Source: a virus | Taxonomy: Duplodnaviria; Caudoviricetes | Length of the DNA: 64,000 nucleotides | Virus record (IMG/VR): IMGVR_UViG_2974786931_000001 | Location: 103,774 to 167,773 of that record | Strand: one strand, 5' to 3' | In this document: piece by piece, positions 9,217 to 18,052 of the stretch | Layout of the letters: every line of letters starts with the position of its first letter | Numbering within the stretch: the first letter of the stretch is position 1 | Translations under genes and position numbers: made by a program | The notes under the pieces: generated by a model | Database searches by the model: none | What the model was told of the DNA's origin: nothing | What the model saw: only the letters and a program-made list of their open reading frames with translations

Positions 9217-10494
9217 ATGAGCAATATTAACCAGCTTTTGCGCGAATCGACAACATCTACGTCTAGTATTGCTGGACGTCCAAATCTTGTTGCATTGACT
9301 CGTGCTACGACTAAATTAGTGTATATGGATTTAGTCGCTGAACAACGTACTACACAACCTGTAGCTGCACTATATGGTATTAAATATTTAAACCCTAATA
9401 ATGACCTAAGCTTCGTTACAGGTGCAACATACGGCGGCGCAATTGGGCCATCACAACGTGCTACGATTATCGATATAACAATGACAAATAAAGATACCTT
9501 TGTTAAAGGCGATTATTTCAAATATGTTGATGTAGTGTTTAAAGTATTAGAAGATACTCCATTTGCCGGAACAGCTGAAACAGAAATTTTTGGTGTTGTA
9601 TCCGAAGCTGTTGCAGATAGTACAATTAGAATGGTTCCTGATGCAGCAAGTACAAGTAAATTTGAATCTGCTAATAGTGATATCGCTGAAGCGAGTTTCC
9701 AAATTTCAAAATGGCAAGCACCTGTTAAATCACGTAAATTAAAAACAGAACTAACAGTTGAATTAGCCCAAGATTTAGAAGCTAATGGATTTGATGCTAG
9801 TAGTATGGTTGAAGACGTATTAGCTACACAAATGGCTGAAGAAATTAATAAAGATATTTTGCAAGGCCTAGTTACAGTATCAACACGCTTTAAAATTGAT
9901 GGTGTATCTGATAAAGGCGTACTTGATTTATCTGGTCCTGATACAGCCCCTGAACAAGGACGTAAATTATACAGATTCGTCTGTGAAATGAATAGTTCTA
10001 TCCAACGTAACACATCTTATTCTGGTACTTACGTTGTTGCATCTTCTAGATGTGCGGCAGTTTTAGCTGCTTCTGGTTGGATGCATCAAGGTGAAGATGA
10101 AGAATTGTCCGATAATGCTTACGGTGTTTTGAACAATGGTCTTGTTTTGTTCTGTGATACTAATAGTCCGGTGGATTATGTTATTGTAGGTGTTAAAGCA
10201 GAATTTGGCGATATGGAAGCAGTTGGTTCTTTATTTTATGCTCCATATACTGAAGGATTGGATTTAGAAGACCCAGAGCATGTTGGTGTATTTAAAGCTA
10301 TAGTGGACCCTGAGAGCTTGCAGCCAAAGATTGCATTGCTCACTAGATATGCACTTTGCGTTAACCCTTATACTACAGGCGCTACAGATGAGCAAGCACG
10401 CATCATAGACGCATCTGATTTTGATTTGTTTGCTGGCAGAAGCCAGATGTCTACTCTGCTTGGTGTTAAGTTACCTAAACTGATAGCAGGATAA
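9217..10494 (+). CDS. 24: Head vertex protein gp24
   Basis: INQLLRESTTST, RKLKTELTVELAQDLEANGFDA, gp23-like fold; synteny. Confidence 0.96.
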   Translation: MSNINQLLRESTTSTSSIAGRPNLVALTRATTKLVYMDLVAEQRTTQPVAALYGIKYLNPNNDLSFVTGATYGGAIGPSQRATIIDITMTNKDTFVKGDYFKYVDVVFKVLEDTPFAGTAETEIFGVVSEAVADSTIRMVPDAASTSKFESANSDIAEASFQISKWQAPVKSRKLKTELTVELAQDLEANGFDASSMVEDVLATQMAEEINKDILQGLVTVSTRFKIDGVSDKGVLDLSGPDTAPEQGRKLYRFVCEMNSSIQRNTSYSGTYVVASSRCAAVLAASGWMHQGEDEELSDNAYGVLNNGLVLFCDTNSPVDYVIVGVKAEFGDMEAVGSLFYAPYTEGLDLEDPEHVGVFKAIVDPESLQPKIALLTRYALCVNPYTTGATDEQARIIDASDFDLFAGRSQMSTLLGVKLPKLIAG

Positions 10495-10497
10495 AAT

Positions 10498-10521
10498 AAA
10501 GGGACCGTAAGGTCCCTTTTT
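10498..10521. terminator. Bidirectional terminator between 24 and rnlB
   Basis: AAAGGGACC-gtaa-GGTCCCTTTTT. Confidence 0.9.
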
Positions 10522-10525
10522 GGCA

Positions 10526-11512
10526 TTACAACAATTCAGACCATTGAGAACGAATTGTATTTTGTACTTCTGTTGTCAAACGTTTCTTAACTAATGAAGG
10601 CATTTCTGCAGTATTAATATCGATACCTTCACGCTCGGCTTCAACTAGAATATCTTGGCAAGTCAAGCCCATTACACGTCCAAACATTTTAGCATTGATT
10701 TCGCCTAAATGAGATACTACATTCAATACACGATTCCATGTATTGAATTCAAGCAAAGCTTGAAGCAGTGCTACATCATTTTCTGATAAATGCGCTTCTG
10801 GTTGAATTAGTTTATCAGATTTCTTTTTCTCTGAGAACTTAGAGTTCTTACATTTAATAGCTACACGATTGCCATTAGTGAGTTCGGTATATTTCACAGG
10901 TTTTAATACATAACCTTCAGTAATGTTATCTGTGCCTGCTTTAAGTTCAAATTTGGTTTCTTTATTATTTGCAGCTTTAACTGGGTCCCAAACTTCGTTA
11001 TATTCATTAACTAGAGATTGGAAATCATTAGGAAGCTTAATAAGGTCATCAAAAGACCCACTATCAATAAGTGGAGCCATTTTAAGACCAGCATTTCTAC
11101 AAATAAATGATACCACGAAGTCATTTAAATAAACGCCATTATCAATGATATCGAATACATAGAAATCTTTATCGCCGTAATCTACTTCTTTCTGAATGCC
11201 TTTACCAGCTAATTCGCCAAAGATTTGGATATGACTGTCTAATTTGGTTAAACTACTTTGTAATGATTTAAACCCGGCCATATATCGAGACATTACATTT
11301 TCATAATCAAAGAATGATTCTGTAGGTTCAATAGGGCCACTTCTTTTAGCAAAAGAAATAGATTCTTTAGTAATAATAACACTAAAATTGGCACCATGAA
11401 TCTTTTCTCGCGCTACCCAAATCTTGTCCCAGATTGTATGCCCTTCATCTCGGATTTTATTAATAATTTTACTGTTAGAATGATTTTCTAATGACGAGTA
11501 TTTTGCAAACAT
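10526..11512 (-). CDS. rnlB: RNA ligase 2
   Basis: MFAKYSSLENH, motif I EKIHGANFS, FGELAG, FYVFDI, EGYVLKP, AIKCKNSKFSEKKK. Confidence 0.96.
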   Translation of the reverse strand: MFAKYSSLENHSNSKIINKIRDEGHTIWDKIWVAREKIHGANFSVIITKESISFAKRSGPIEPTESFFDYENVMSRYMAGFKSLQSSLTKLDSHIQIFGELAGKGIQKEVDYGDKDFYVFDIIDNGVYLNDFVVSFICRNAGLKMAPLIDSGSFDDLIKLPNDFQSLVNEYNEVWDPVKAANNKETKFELKAGTDNITEGYVLKPVKYTELTNGNRVAIKCKNSKFSEKKKSDKLIQPEAHLSENDVALLQALLEFNTWNRVLNVVSHLGEINAKMFGRVMGLTCQDILVEAEREGIDINTAEMPSLVKKRLTTEVQNTIRSQWSELL

Positions 11513-11555
11513 ATTAATTCCTATTCGCTGCGCGAAACGTGTCGAATATCGACGA

Positions 11556-11563
11556 TATAAATA
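11556..11563 (+). promoter_or_regulatory. Orphan late promoter, antisense to rnlB leader
   Basis: Exact TATAAATA in an intergenic region, with no plus-strand ORF downstream. Confidence 0.5.
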
Positions 11564-11626
11564 ATAAAAGAGATATTAGACTCTATCCCTTAGCTTTAAA
11601 CAATCACCTCTGTGAGACCTAGAGTC

Positions 11627-11654
11627 ATTATACCACTGAAAATTATAAAGCAAA
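11627..11654 (-). promoter_or_regulatory. MotA-dependent middle promoter for rnlB
   Basis: TTTGCTTTA-13 nt-TATAAT. Confidence 0.85.
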
Positions 11655-11876
11655 TAACGTCTGCATTTTCTTTAATAATTTGGGGCGATGTAATTTTGAC
11701 GTAGTCATTCGCTTGCGAAAAACAACTTTAGGCTTCAATTTGCTTTTGTCTTTTGCAATTTCAGCTTGAGCCCATAATTTACCCACTTCACTTATAGTAC
11801 AATTTGTTTTATGTGCTATATCAACAAATGACATTCCACTTTCATATAAAAAATGCACTTCAACTGATTTATTCAT
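11643..11876 (-). CDS. Small conserved protein (T4 24.3-like, HTH-like)
   Basis: VHFLYESGMSFVDIA...LWAQA...VVFRKR; position between hoc and rnlB. Confidence 0.7.
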   Translation of the reverse strand: MNKSVEVHFLYESGMSFVDIAHKTNCTISEVGKLWAQAEIAKDKSKLKPKVVFRKRMTTSKLHRPKLLKKMQTLFAL

Positions 11877-11904
11877 AATAATCTCTCATTTAATTGTCCT
11901 TTTC

Positions 11905-11934
11905 ATAATAACATACAAAAAATTAGTTGTAAAC
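11905..11934 (-). promoter_or_regulatory. Early promoter
   Basis: GTTTACA-17 nt-(TGt)TATTAT. Confidence 0.8.
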
Positions 11935-11940
11935 CCCCTA

Positions 11941-11958
11941 AAGGGACCGAAGTCCCTT
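11941..11958 (-). terminator. Terminator after hoc
   Basis: AAGGGAC-ttcg-GTCCCTT(T), cUUCGg tetraloop on minus strand. Confidence 0.8.
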
Positions 11959-11962
11959 ATAA

Positions 11963-13375
11963 TTAATAATAATCGTAAATGATGCCTAGTTCTAACGCAG
12001 TACGATGAACTATATAGCCATTACGGGATTCTTGTACATCCACTTCTGGATAATCTTCCAACATATTAGCCAAGACTAAACGATGTTGATAATACGGTTT
12101 AGTAGGCTCGTCAATTTTCCAATTACCACCTGATGCAGCAATTCTTTGAATTTCCATCATGACCCACCAACCACACCAGATGTAAGCTGAATTTCTTGAT
12201 GGCAGTGGATGAATGTATACATCTATCGTTGGCTCAACAGAAGCAGTTTTAACAACAATTATGACTTCATTAGTGTCAGAACTATAATCGTTGTAATTCG
12301 GATTAGTAACAGTCAGCTTGCATACAATTTCATATGAATCTGGGGTTGTATTACTAAAAACAAATTTATTTGAATCCGTTCCAGCCGCAGTACCATCTAC
12401 GGTCCATTCATATTTAAATGTTGAACCAGATGGAGCATTAGCTACATTCACTGTTAATGTAGTCGATTGTTTAGTCGTGATAGTAAGCTTGTCTGTTACA
12501 AGAACAGCCATAGTCTGCTGATTAGCTTTTCCAATTGTTAATGAAACATCGTTGGATGTTTTAGTCGCAGGTGTATAATCAGGATGAATAGCTTCTAATG
12601 TACATGAATAAACAGCAGTGCCAACATCTCCGGCTAATGCAGAATAAATCGGACCTTTGCCTGCACCAGTAATAGCCACACCACCTTTCTTCCAGATATA
12701 ATCAACTAATCCACCAGCAGGAACACCACTAGGAGTTGCAGTCAATGTAAATTGTTCACCATAGCTTACGGTTGATTTATCAGAAACGATAGTACAGCCT
12801 AAAGTCATAGTTTTCAAAGTAATTGTAACAACGGCATCTTTAGTCAATACAGCCGTGGTATAATCTGTTGCAACAACCGTAGCTTCGCATTTTAAAGTGT
12901 AATTAGCTACATTAGCTTCAGTCACGCTAATTGTTTGAGCTGACTGCCCGGCAATTATGTTGTTATTTCGTTTCCATGCATAAGTAATTATTGCACCAAC
13001 TGGAGCACCTGTTACAGTAGCCGTCACAACAGTTGTTGCGCCAATTTCAGCATTCACTGCTGTTGGGCTTAATGCCAAAGTTGCGGTTATTGTTTTGTTA
13101 CTAACAGTTAGTACTGTGGTATCATTTGCTGATTCAGTTGCACCGGCATCTGTAGGGGTATGTGTTGCTGTTACTGCAATATTCTTAGTTCCAGCTGGCC
13201 CAGTAATAGTATAATCTAAAGTAGAAGTAGTTGATGCTTGAGAAACACCATCAACTGTCCACACAAAAGAATCTGTTCCTGCACTTGCGGCTCCTGCAGT
13301 CGTTGCAGTGAATGTTTGGACTGCACCTATAACCCCGGTGGCTGGTTTTGGCGTTAGTACTACGGTATATGCCAT
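11963..13375 (-). CDS. hoc: Hoc head outer capsid protein with four Ig-like domains
   Basis: C-terminal YIHPLPSRNSAYIWCGWWVM...ESRNGYIVH capsid-binding domain; four Ig-type [FY]xW repeats; ATG 13375 after SD GGAG. Confidence 0.93.
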   Translation of the reverse strand: MAYTVVLTPKPATGVIGAVQTFTATTAGAASAGTDSFVWTVDGVSQASTTSTLDYTITGPAGTKNIAVTATHTPTDAGATESANDTTVLTVSNKTITATLALSPTAVNAEIGATTVVTATVTGAPVGAIITYAWKRNNNIIAGQSAQTISVTEANVANYTLKCEATVVATDYTTAVLTKDAVVTITLKTMTLGCTIVSDKSTVSYGEQFTLTATPSGVPAGGLVDYIWKKGGVAITGAGKGPIYSALAGDVGTAVYSCTLEAIHPDYTPATKTSNDVSLTIGKANQQTMAVLVTDKLTITTKQSTTLTVNVANAPSGSTFKYEWTVDGTAAGTDSNKFVFSNTTPDSYEIVCKLTVTNPNYNDYSSDTNEVIIVVKTASVEPTIDVYIHPLPSRNSAYIWCGWWVMMEIQRIAASGGNWKIDEPTKPYYQHRLVLANMLEDYPEVDVQESRNGYIVHRTALELGIIYDYY

Positions 13376-13385
13376 TTTATTCTCC

Positions 13386-13403
13386 AAAAGGGCCCGAAGG
13401 CCC
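13386..13403 (-). terminator. UUCG hairpin/terminator between inh and hoc
   Basis: GGGCC-ttcg-GGCCC-TTTT immediately before hoc SD. Confidence 0.7.
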
Positions 13404-13407
13404 AGTA

Positions 13408-14112
13408 TTAACTAAGTGTAATGAAACTTGAGTTTCTTGTTTCACGAATTATCACTTTACCATCACGTTTAATGTAATAAAGTAAACTTAACAAGGTATT
13501 ATGGACTGACGCTTTAGGGAATGATTTAGGGTTAGAAGTCCAATCAGGATTCTTACTAATCCAATCATAAATCCAGAAAGGACATGTATAATAGCCTGGA
13601 TTTTTTCCTATCAATATAATAGTAGGTGAAAAATTAGAAGGTAATTCATATTGAGTAGATGGCTCTTTAACTTCTGGAATAGGTTCAAGAACAATTTCTA
13701 TTTCTGGTTCGATTACAACTTCTAATTCTTGGGTAGGTTCAATAACTTCGATTTTAATAGGGACATATTCTGGTTGTCTAACTTCAAATACTATTTCTTT
13801 TGATTCAACACTATCTGATACGCTATTAATTAATTCTTTAGCTTCATCTGAAGCTTCGTTAAACACTGCTTTGCCTTCGGCTTCGTCAACAGCTTGAATC
13901 AAATCGCCAATCATCAATCCTTCATTTTTCTCTGGCATTGGTTCACCACTAAGTTCAGACATTTTTTCACTTATATCTAATACTAAGTTGTCAAACGAGC
14001 GTGATTTTTTGACTTGGATATTAAATGATTCTGCATATTCTATTAATTGACGTTTAGCTTCTTTTTGGTCTTCCAAAGCTTTCAATTCTGTAATAAAGTT
14101 CTTATCTATCAT
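13408..14112 (-). CDS. inh: Inhibitor of prohead protease
   Basis: MIDKNFITEL...KKSRSFDN, LLSLLYYIKRDG...IRETRNSSF. Confidence 0.93.
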   Translation of the reverse strand: MIDKNFITELKALEDQKEAKRQLIEYAESFNIQVKKSRSFDNLVLDISEKMSELSGEPMPEKNEGLMIGDLIQAVDEAEGKAVFNEASDEAKELINSVSDSVESKEIVFEVRQPEYVPIKIEVIEPTQELEVVIEPEIEIVLEPIPEVKEPSTQYELPSNFSPTIILIGKNPGYYTCPFWIYDWISKNPDWTSNPKSFPKASVHNTLLSLLYYIKRDGKVIIRETRNSSFITLS

Positions 14113-14129
14113 GATATTCCTCTGGGGTG

Positions 14130-14151
14130 TATAAATATATATGTATTTATA
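14130..14151. promoter_or_regulatory. Face-to-face late promoters for uvsW (+, 14130-14137) and inh-hoc (-, 14144-14151)
   Basis: TATAAATA on plus and TATTTATA (minus-strand TATAAATA). Confidence 0.85.
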
Positions 14152-14184
14152 TCAAGAGATTTATTCTCAGAAAATTGGAAAATT

Positions 14185-15690
14185 ATGATGATAGACATCA
14201 ATGTACGATTTCATGACTTTAGTTATGTAAAATTAGAATGTGACGAAGGTATCTTTTACGAGTTAAGAGATTTTTTCAGCTTTGAAGCCGATGGTTTTAA
14301 ATTTAACCCAAAATTTAAATATGGACAGTGGGATGGGCGTATCCGTCTTTTAGGCTATGATAAATTACTACCTTATGGCCTGGCAGAACAAGTTAAAAAG
14401 TTTGCGGCTCAAATGGATTATAAAGTTTCATTTGATGAACAAATCTTCGATAAAGAAGATATATCTAGAGAAGATTTTGACACATGGGTTTCAAGTAAAA
14501 CAATTTATTCTGGTACTAATGTTATTCAACCGCATTATTATCAAAGTGATTCTGTGTTTGAAGGTATTGTTAATCGTCGCCGCATTTTAAACCTTCCTAC
14601 TTCAGCAGGTAAATCGCTTATTCAAGCTTTGTTAGCCAGATATTATGTCGAACATTATAAAGGTAAAATTTTAATAATTGTTCCGACTACTGCATTAGTT
14701 GACCAGATGATAAACGATTTTAAAGATTATCGTTTGTTTGGCGCTAAACATATGCTTGGAATAAGAGCTGGTACTGCTCGTGATTCAGATGCAGTAATTT
14801 ATGTTTCTACGTACCAAACAGCTATTAAACAGCCTAAAGAATGGTTTAACCAATTCGGTATGTTTATGAATGACGAATGTCATCTAGCTAATGGTAAGAG
14901 TATTTCAACAATAATTCAAGGTTTAACTAACTGTATTTTTAAATTCGGATTGTCTGGTTCTTTAAAAGACGGCAAAGCCAACTTAATGCAATACATTGGT
15001 TCATTTGGTTCTATCTATAAGCCAGTTTCTACTGCACAATTAATGGAAGAAGGCCAAGTAACAGATTTAAATATCAATTCGATTTTCTTGCGTTATCCAG
15101 ATGAATTGACAATTAAGATGAAAGGAAAGCCTTACCAAGATGAAATAAAAATCATCACCAAATACAGTAAGCGTAATTTATTCGTGACTAACTTAGCTGT
15201 TAAATTAGCTAAGAAAAAAGAAAACGTATTTTTGATGTTTAAAAATATAGCTCACGGTAAAGACCTTTTTGAAAAGATTAAAGCAACTGGTCATGAAAAG
15301 GTATATTATGTTTCTGGCGAAGTAGATACTGAAACACGAAATGCTTTGAAAGTAATGGCAGAAAATGGAACAGGCATTATTGTTGTAGCGAGTTATGGCG
15401 TGTTCTCGACAGGTATCTCTGTTAAGAATCTTCATCATATTATTTTTGCTCATCCTGTAAAATCAAAAATCATTGTACTTCAAACAATTGGGCGTGTTCT
15501 TCGTAAACATGAATCTAAAGAAACAGCTACAGTATGGGACATCATAGATGATGCTGGTGTTAAACCTAAATCTGCTAATGCTAAAAAGAAATATGTCCAT
15601 TTGAATTATGCATTAAAACATGCTTTGGAACGTATTCAGCGTTATGCAGAAGAGAAATTTAACTATGTGATGAAAACTGTGCAATTATGA
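14185..15690 (+). CDS. uvsW: UvsW RNA-DNA/DNA helicase
   Basis: SF2 motifs LPTSAGKS, DECH, GLSGS, QTIGRVLR; start at ATG 14185/14188. Confidence 0.97.
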   Translation: MMIDINVRFHDFSYVKLECDEGIFYELRDFFSFEADGFKFNPKFKYGQWDGRIRLLGYDKLLPYGLAEQVKKFAAQMDYKVSFDEQIFDKEDISREDFDTWVSSKTIYSGTNVIQPHYYQSDSVFEGIVNRRRILNLPTSAGKSLIQALLARYYVEHYKGKILIIVPTTALVDQMINDFKDYRLFGAKHMLGIRAGTARDSDAVIYVSTYQTAIKQPKEWFNQFGMFMNDECHLANGKSISTIIQGLTNCIFKFGLSGSLKDGKANLMQYIGSFGSIYKPVSTAQLMEEGQVTDLNINSIFLRYPDELTIKMKGKPYQDEIKIITKYSKRNLFVTNLAVKLAKKKENVFLMFKNIAHGKDLFEKIKATGHEKVYYVSGEVDTETRNALKVMAENGTGIIVVASYGVFSTGISVKNLHHIIFAHPVKSKIIVLQTIGRVLRKHESKETATVWDIIDDAGVKPKSANAKKKYVHLNYALKHALERIQRYAEEKFNYVMKTVQL

Positions 15691-16046
15691 TTTTTATTCT
15701 TTTAATTGCATTCCAAATAAAACACTTCTTATGTGATTACCCATTGCAAAATGAGTACATGTTAAAAAAGATAAATACATCAAAGTGGGTATTGCCATTA
15801 ATGAGCCATGCTTTAATTCACGCTTTAGGCACATTTATAATAGCAATTTTCTTTGGGTTTCCTATAGCATTATTAGTAGCGGCTATCGATTTTATTTGTC
15901 ATTTTGTTATAGATAGAATAAAAGCTAATTCATCGAGAAAAACTAGTATATCTGAATCTAAGTTTTGGTCTTATTTAGGATTAGACCAAGCAGCACACCA
16001 CTTAACTCATTATACCATTATTGCAATATTAATAGGACTACTATGA
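15687..16046 (+). CDS. DUF3307-like multi-pass membrane protein
   Basis: HFLCDY, HALIH, HFVID, GLDQAAHH motifs within hydrophobic helices; overlaps uvsW stop (ATGA). Confidence 0.75.
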   Translation: MIFILLIAFQIKHFLCDYPLQNEYMLKKINTSKWVLPLMSHALIHALGTFIIAIFFGFPIALLVAAIDFICHFVIDRIKANSSRKTSISESKFWSYLGLDQAAHHLTHYTIIAILIGLL

Positions 16047-16276
16047 TTAAGCCATTTAAAGAAATTTTACAAGAAGCTTCAATTGAAGCTTTTATGTCTA
16101 AAGTCAATTCATGCCAAACACTTGACGGCCTTGACGAATTAGATAAGTATTACAAAAAACGTATTAAGGACGCTGAATTGGCAGATTCTGATGATATCAC
16201 TGTTCGTGATGCATTGGCTGGCCGTCGTCTTGAACTAGATGTTGAAGAAGACGATGGCGAAGAGGAAGAGTTTTAA
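16043..16276 (+). CDS. uvsW.1: UvsW.1 protein
   Basis: EASIEAFMSKVNSCQTLDGLDELDKYYKKR...VRDALAGRR; ATG 16043. Confidence 0.9.
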   Translation: MIKPFKEILQEASIEAFMSKVNSCQTLDGLDELDKYYKKRIKDAELADSDDITVRDALAGRRLELDVEEDDGEEEEF

Positions 16277-16280
16277 TACT

Positions 16281-16304
16281 AAAAAGCCCTCTTGCGAGGG
16301 CTTT
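16281..16304. terminator. Bidirectional terminator
   Basis: AAAAAGCCCTC-ttgc-GAGGGCTTT. Confidence 0.85.
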
Positions 16305-16306
16305 AA

Positions 16307-16471
16307 TTACATTAACAATTGCACTTCATTTAATTCTTGTTCTGAACTTTCTGAAACAGGAATCTGACATGCAAAATTATAGCAAGGCCCAGGATGTACA
16401 GGACCATTGTCTGATTCGACTACCAAAGCATCATCGATTGGAGTCTTGCAGACAACACATATATGACTCAT
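16307..16471 (-). CDS. uvsY.-2: UvsY.-2 small Cys-containing protein (54 aa, not in ORF track)
   Basis: Translated by hand: MSHICVVCKTPIDDALVVESDNGPVHPGPCYN...; SD AAGGAG. Confidence 0.88.
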   Translation of the reverse strand: MSHICVVCKTPIDDALVVESDNGPVHPGPCYNFACQIPVSESSEQELNEVQLLM

Positions 16472-16505
16472 ATTGTCTCCTTAGTTATGTGTATTTATTA
16501 CTTAA

Positions 16506-16913
16506 TTATTTACCTGATTCAAGTGAACGAATGTCAATCATTGCTTTAATAGCAAAGCCGCGTCCTTTGACTGCATCAATTCCTTTACTGCAGAATTCAA
16601 GCATTATCCCCCAATACTGAAAATGTGTCTCTAACTTAAGAATAGAGTCATCTGCATGCATAACAGTTTTCAATTCAGATTTGTCATATTGTATCATTGA
16701 CACTTCATCTGAACGGCCAGTATAAAAATCCAATCTATCTTTTAAAGCATTTTTCTTACGAGCTTCAATGGCTAACATTTCTTTTCGGCATGCCGAATGG
16801 TACCGAATCCACTTACTATAAATCTTTGGATTGTTAGCAGCTTCGTACTGAAGTTTTGTCCCATCAATTTCCATATCTGCATCTAATTCAACTTGCAAAT
16901 CTTCTAATTTCAT
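16506..16913 (-). CDS. uvsY: UvsY recombination mediator
   Basis: MKLEDLQVELDADMEIDGTKLQYEAANNPKIYSKW...RGFAIK; start 16913. Confidence 0.95.
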   Translation of the reverse strand: MKLEDLQVELDADMEIDGTKLQYEAANNPKIYSKWIRYHSACRKEMLAIEARKKNALKDRLDFYTGRSDEVSMIQYDKSELKTVMHADDSILKLETHFQYWGIMLEFCSKGIDAVKGRGFAIKAMIDIRSLESGK

Positions 16914-16961
16914 AATAATCCTATTGTTAACCAACCAAAGTTATTGTAAGAACCTGAATTC

Positions 16962-16988
16962 ATTATACCATGTAAAAAAATAAGCATT
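16962..16988 (-). promoter_or_regulatory. Middle promoter PuvsY (ori(uvsY)-equivalent)
   Basis: AATGCTTA...TATAAT upstream of uvsY; in T4 this promoter also primes an R-loop origin. Confidence 0.8.
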
Positions 16989-17385
16989 ATCGGCTTTGCA
17001 GTTGAACTTTGATTTGTTCAATAGTATCAGGGTTATCAACTATGCTAAAATAAATTGATACAATTAAAACGTTGTCATCATACACTGGAGTGACTTCAAC
17101 ATTTAATTTATCTATGCGAGGTTCATAACTTCTAACTGAAGCTACAATACCACGTTGAATAGTGTCCGCTGTTAGCGGCGTCATGTTCTCGAACAACTCG
17201 TCTGATAGATTACATCCAAAGTCAGGCATAAACGCCCTCTCGCCTTTCCTGGTGGTAATAATGCCAAGTAAAGAGTTCTTTACGGCCCTAAGGCCGGTTA
17301 TCTTGCCTATATCTTTGTCCCAATTTATCCCTAATGTAGGGTCTAAATCTGTATAAAGCACATTTATCGTTTTATTTTCGCTCAT
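16987..17385 (-). CDS. 25: Baseplate wedge subunit gp25
   Basis: AVKNSLLGIITTRKGERAFMPDFGC, YEPRI. Confidence 0.95.
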   Translation of the reverse strand: MSENKTINVLYTDLDPTLGINWDKDIGKITGLRAVKNSLLGIITTRKGERAFMPDFGCNLSDELFENMTPLTADTIQRGIVASVRSYEPRIDKLNVEVTPVYDDNVLIVSIYFSIVDNPDTIEQIKVQLQSR

Positions 17386-18005
17386 AGTATCTCCATGAAG
17401 CTTTTAAGACCACTAATCAGTTTCACTGAGCTTTCGCCACACTTACATACTATAGGCAAAGCAATATATGCTTCAGCTTTAGTTAATTTAGCCGAGATTT
17501 CTGATATCATTTCAATAGTGATAAAATTATACAGGTCTTGTATTTCTACATCAGTTAAATCTTCTATTTTAACTTCTTCTTTATCTATCAATAAGAAATC
17601 AATACAACCAAATACCATATTAATAACATTTTCGTTATCAAATAGCTTAGGTTGTTTAAATTTAATTTTAAATTGTCCAAAGTCATGCCAAGTATCTTCA
17701 AGTTCAGGATACTGGATAGAATTTATAGAAATAGGGACATCAATCTTATTACCACATGTACAAACATGTGTAGATATAAAGTTAACATCACCTAAAGAAT
17801 ATGCCCATAGTTTAATTAAAACTACTTCGGCTTCAACTTTAGACAATTCAGATGCATTTGAACATTTTTTAATCAAGTCTAAAACAACATCCTTGACTTT
17901 ACCATCGGCTTTAGCTTTCAGTAAATCTCTGTACTCTTCTAAAGTAAAAGCCCGGCATTTAATTGTTTTATCTTTAAGCGATACATCAAAAGTGTAATTG
18001 TACAT
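17382..18005 (-). CDS. 26: Baseplate hub protein gp26
   Basis: IKCRAFTLEEY, CTCG / CKCG; synteny. Confidence 0.9.
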   Translation of the reverse strand: MYNYTFDVSLKDKTIKCRAFTLEEYRDLLKAKADGKVKDVVLDLIKKCSNASELSKVEAEVVLIKLWAYSLGDVNFISTHVCTCGNKIDVPISINSIQYPELEDTWHDFGQFKIKFKQPKLFDNENVINMVFGCIDFLLIDKEEVKIEDLTDVEIQDLYNFITIEMISEISAKLTKAEAYIALPIVCKCGESSVKLISGLKSFMEIL

Positions 18006-18024
18006 AAATACCTCTAGTTTAACT

Positions 18025-18036
18025 TATTTATAAATA
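18025..18036. promoter_or_regulatory. Overlapping divergent late promoters for 26 and 51
   Basis: Palindromic TATTTATAAATA gives TATAAATA on both strands. Confidence 0.85.
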
Positions 18037-18052
18037 GAATAAAGGAGAGACC

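Noticed and set aside
206-10013. Numerous antisense or alternate-frame ORFs over genes 18-24 (e.g. 6215-6784, 9513-10013)
   Set aside because: Shadows of biased codon usage in strongly conserved genes; no recognisable motifs or evident SDs.
11588-11612. Minus-strand AGGUGAUUG-UUUAA-AGCUA in the rnlB leader looks like a collapsed second ToxI copy
   Set aside because: It lacks the GCUACCU segment needed for both pseudoknot stems and has no flanking AAAU sites; probably chance.
11579-11615. Plus-strand CCCTTAGC...CACCTCTG resembles the start of a retron msr RNA as I recall it
   Set aside because: No matching a1/a2 arm, msd hairpin or reverse transcriptase is present; the match is too short to support.
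14047-14184. N-terminal extensions given by the ORF track for uvsW (and likewise rnh, gp32, motA, 30.7, gp36)
   Set aside because: The extensions cross promoters or neighbouring genes; downstream ATGs have SD-like sequences and match known N-termini.
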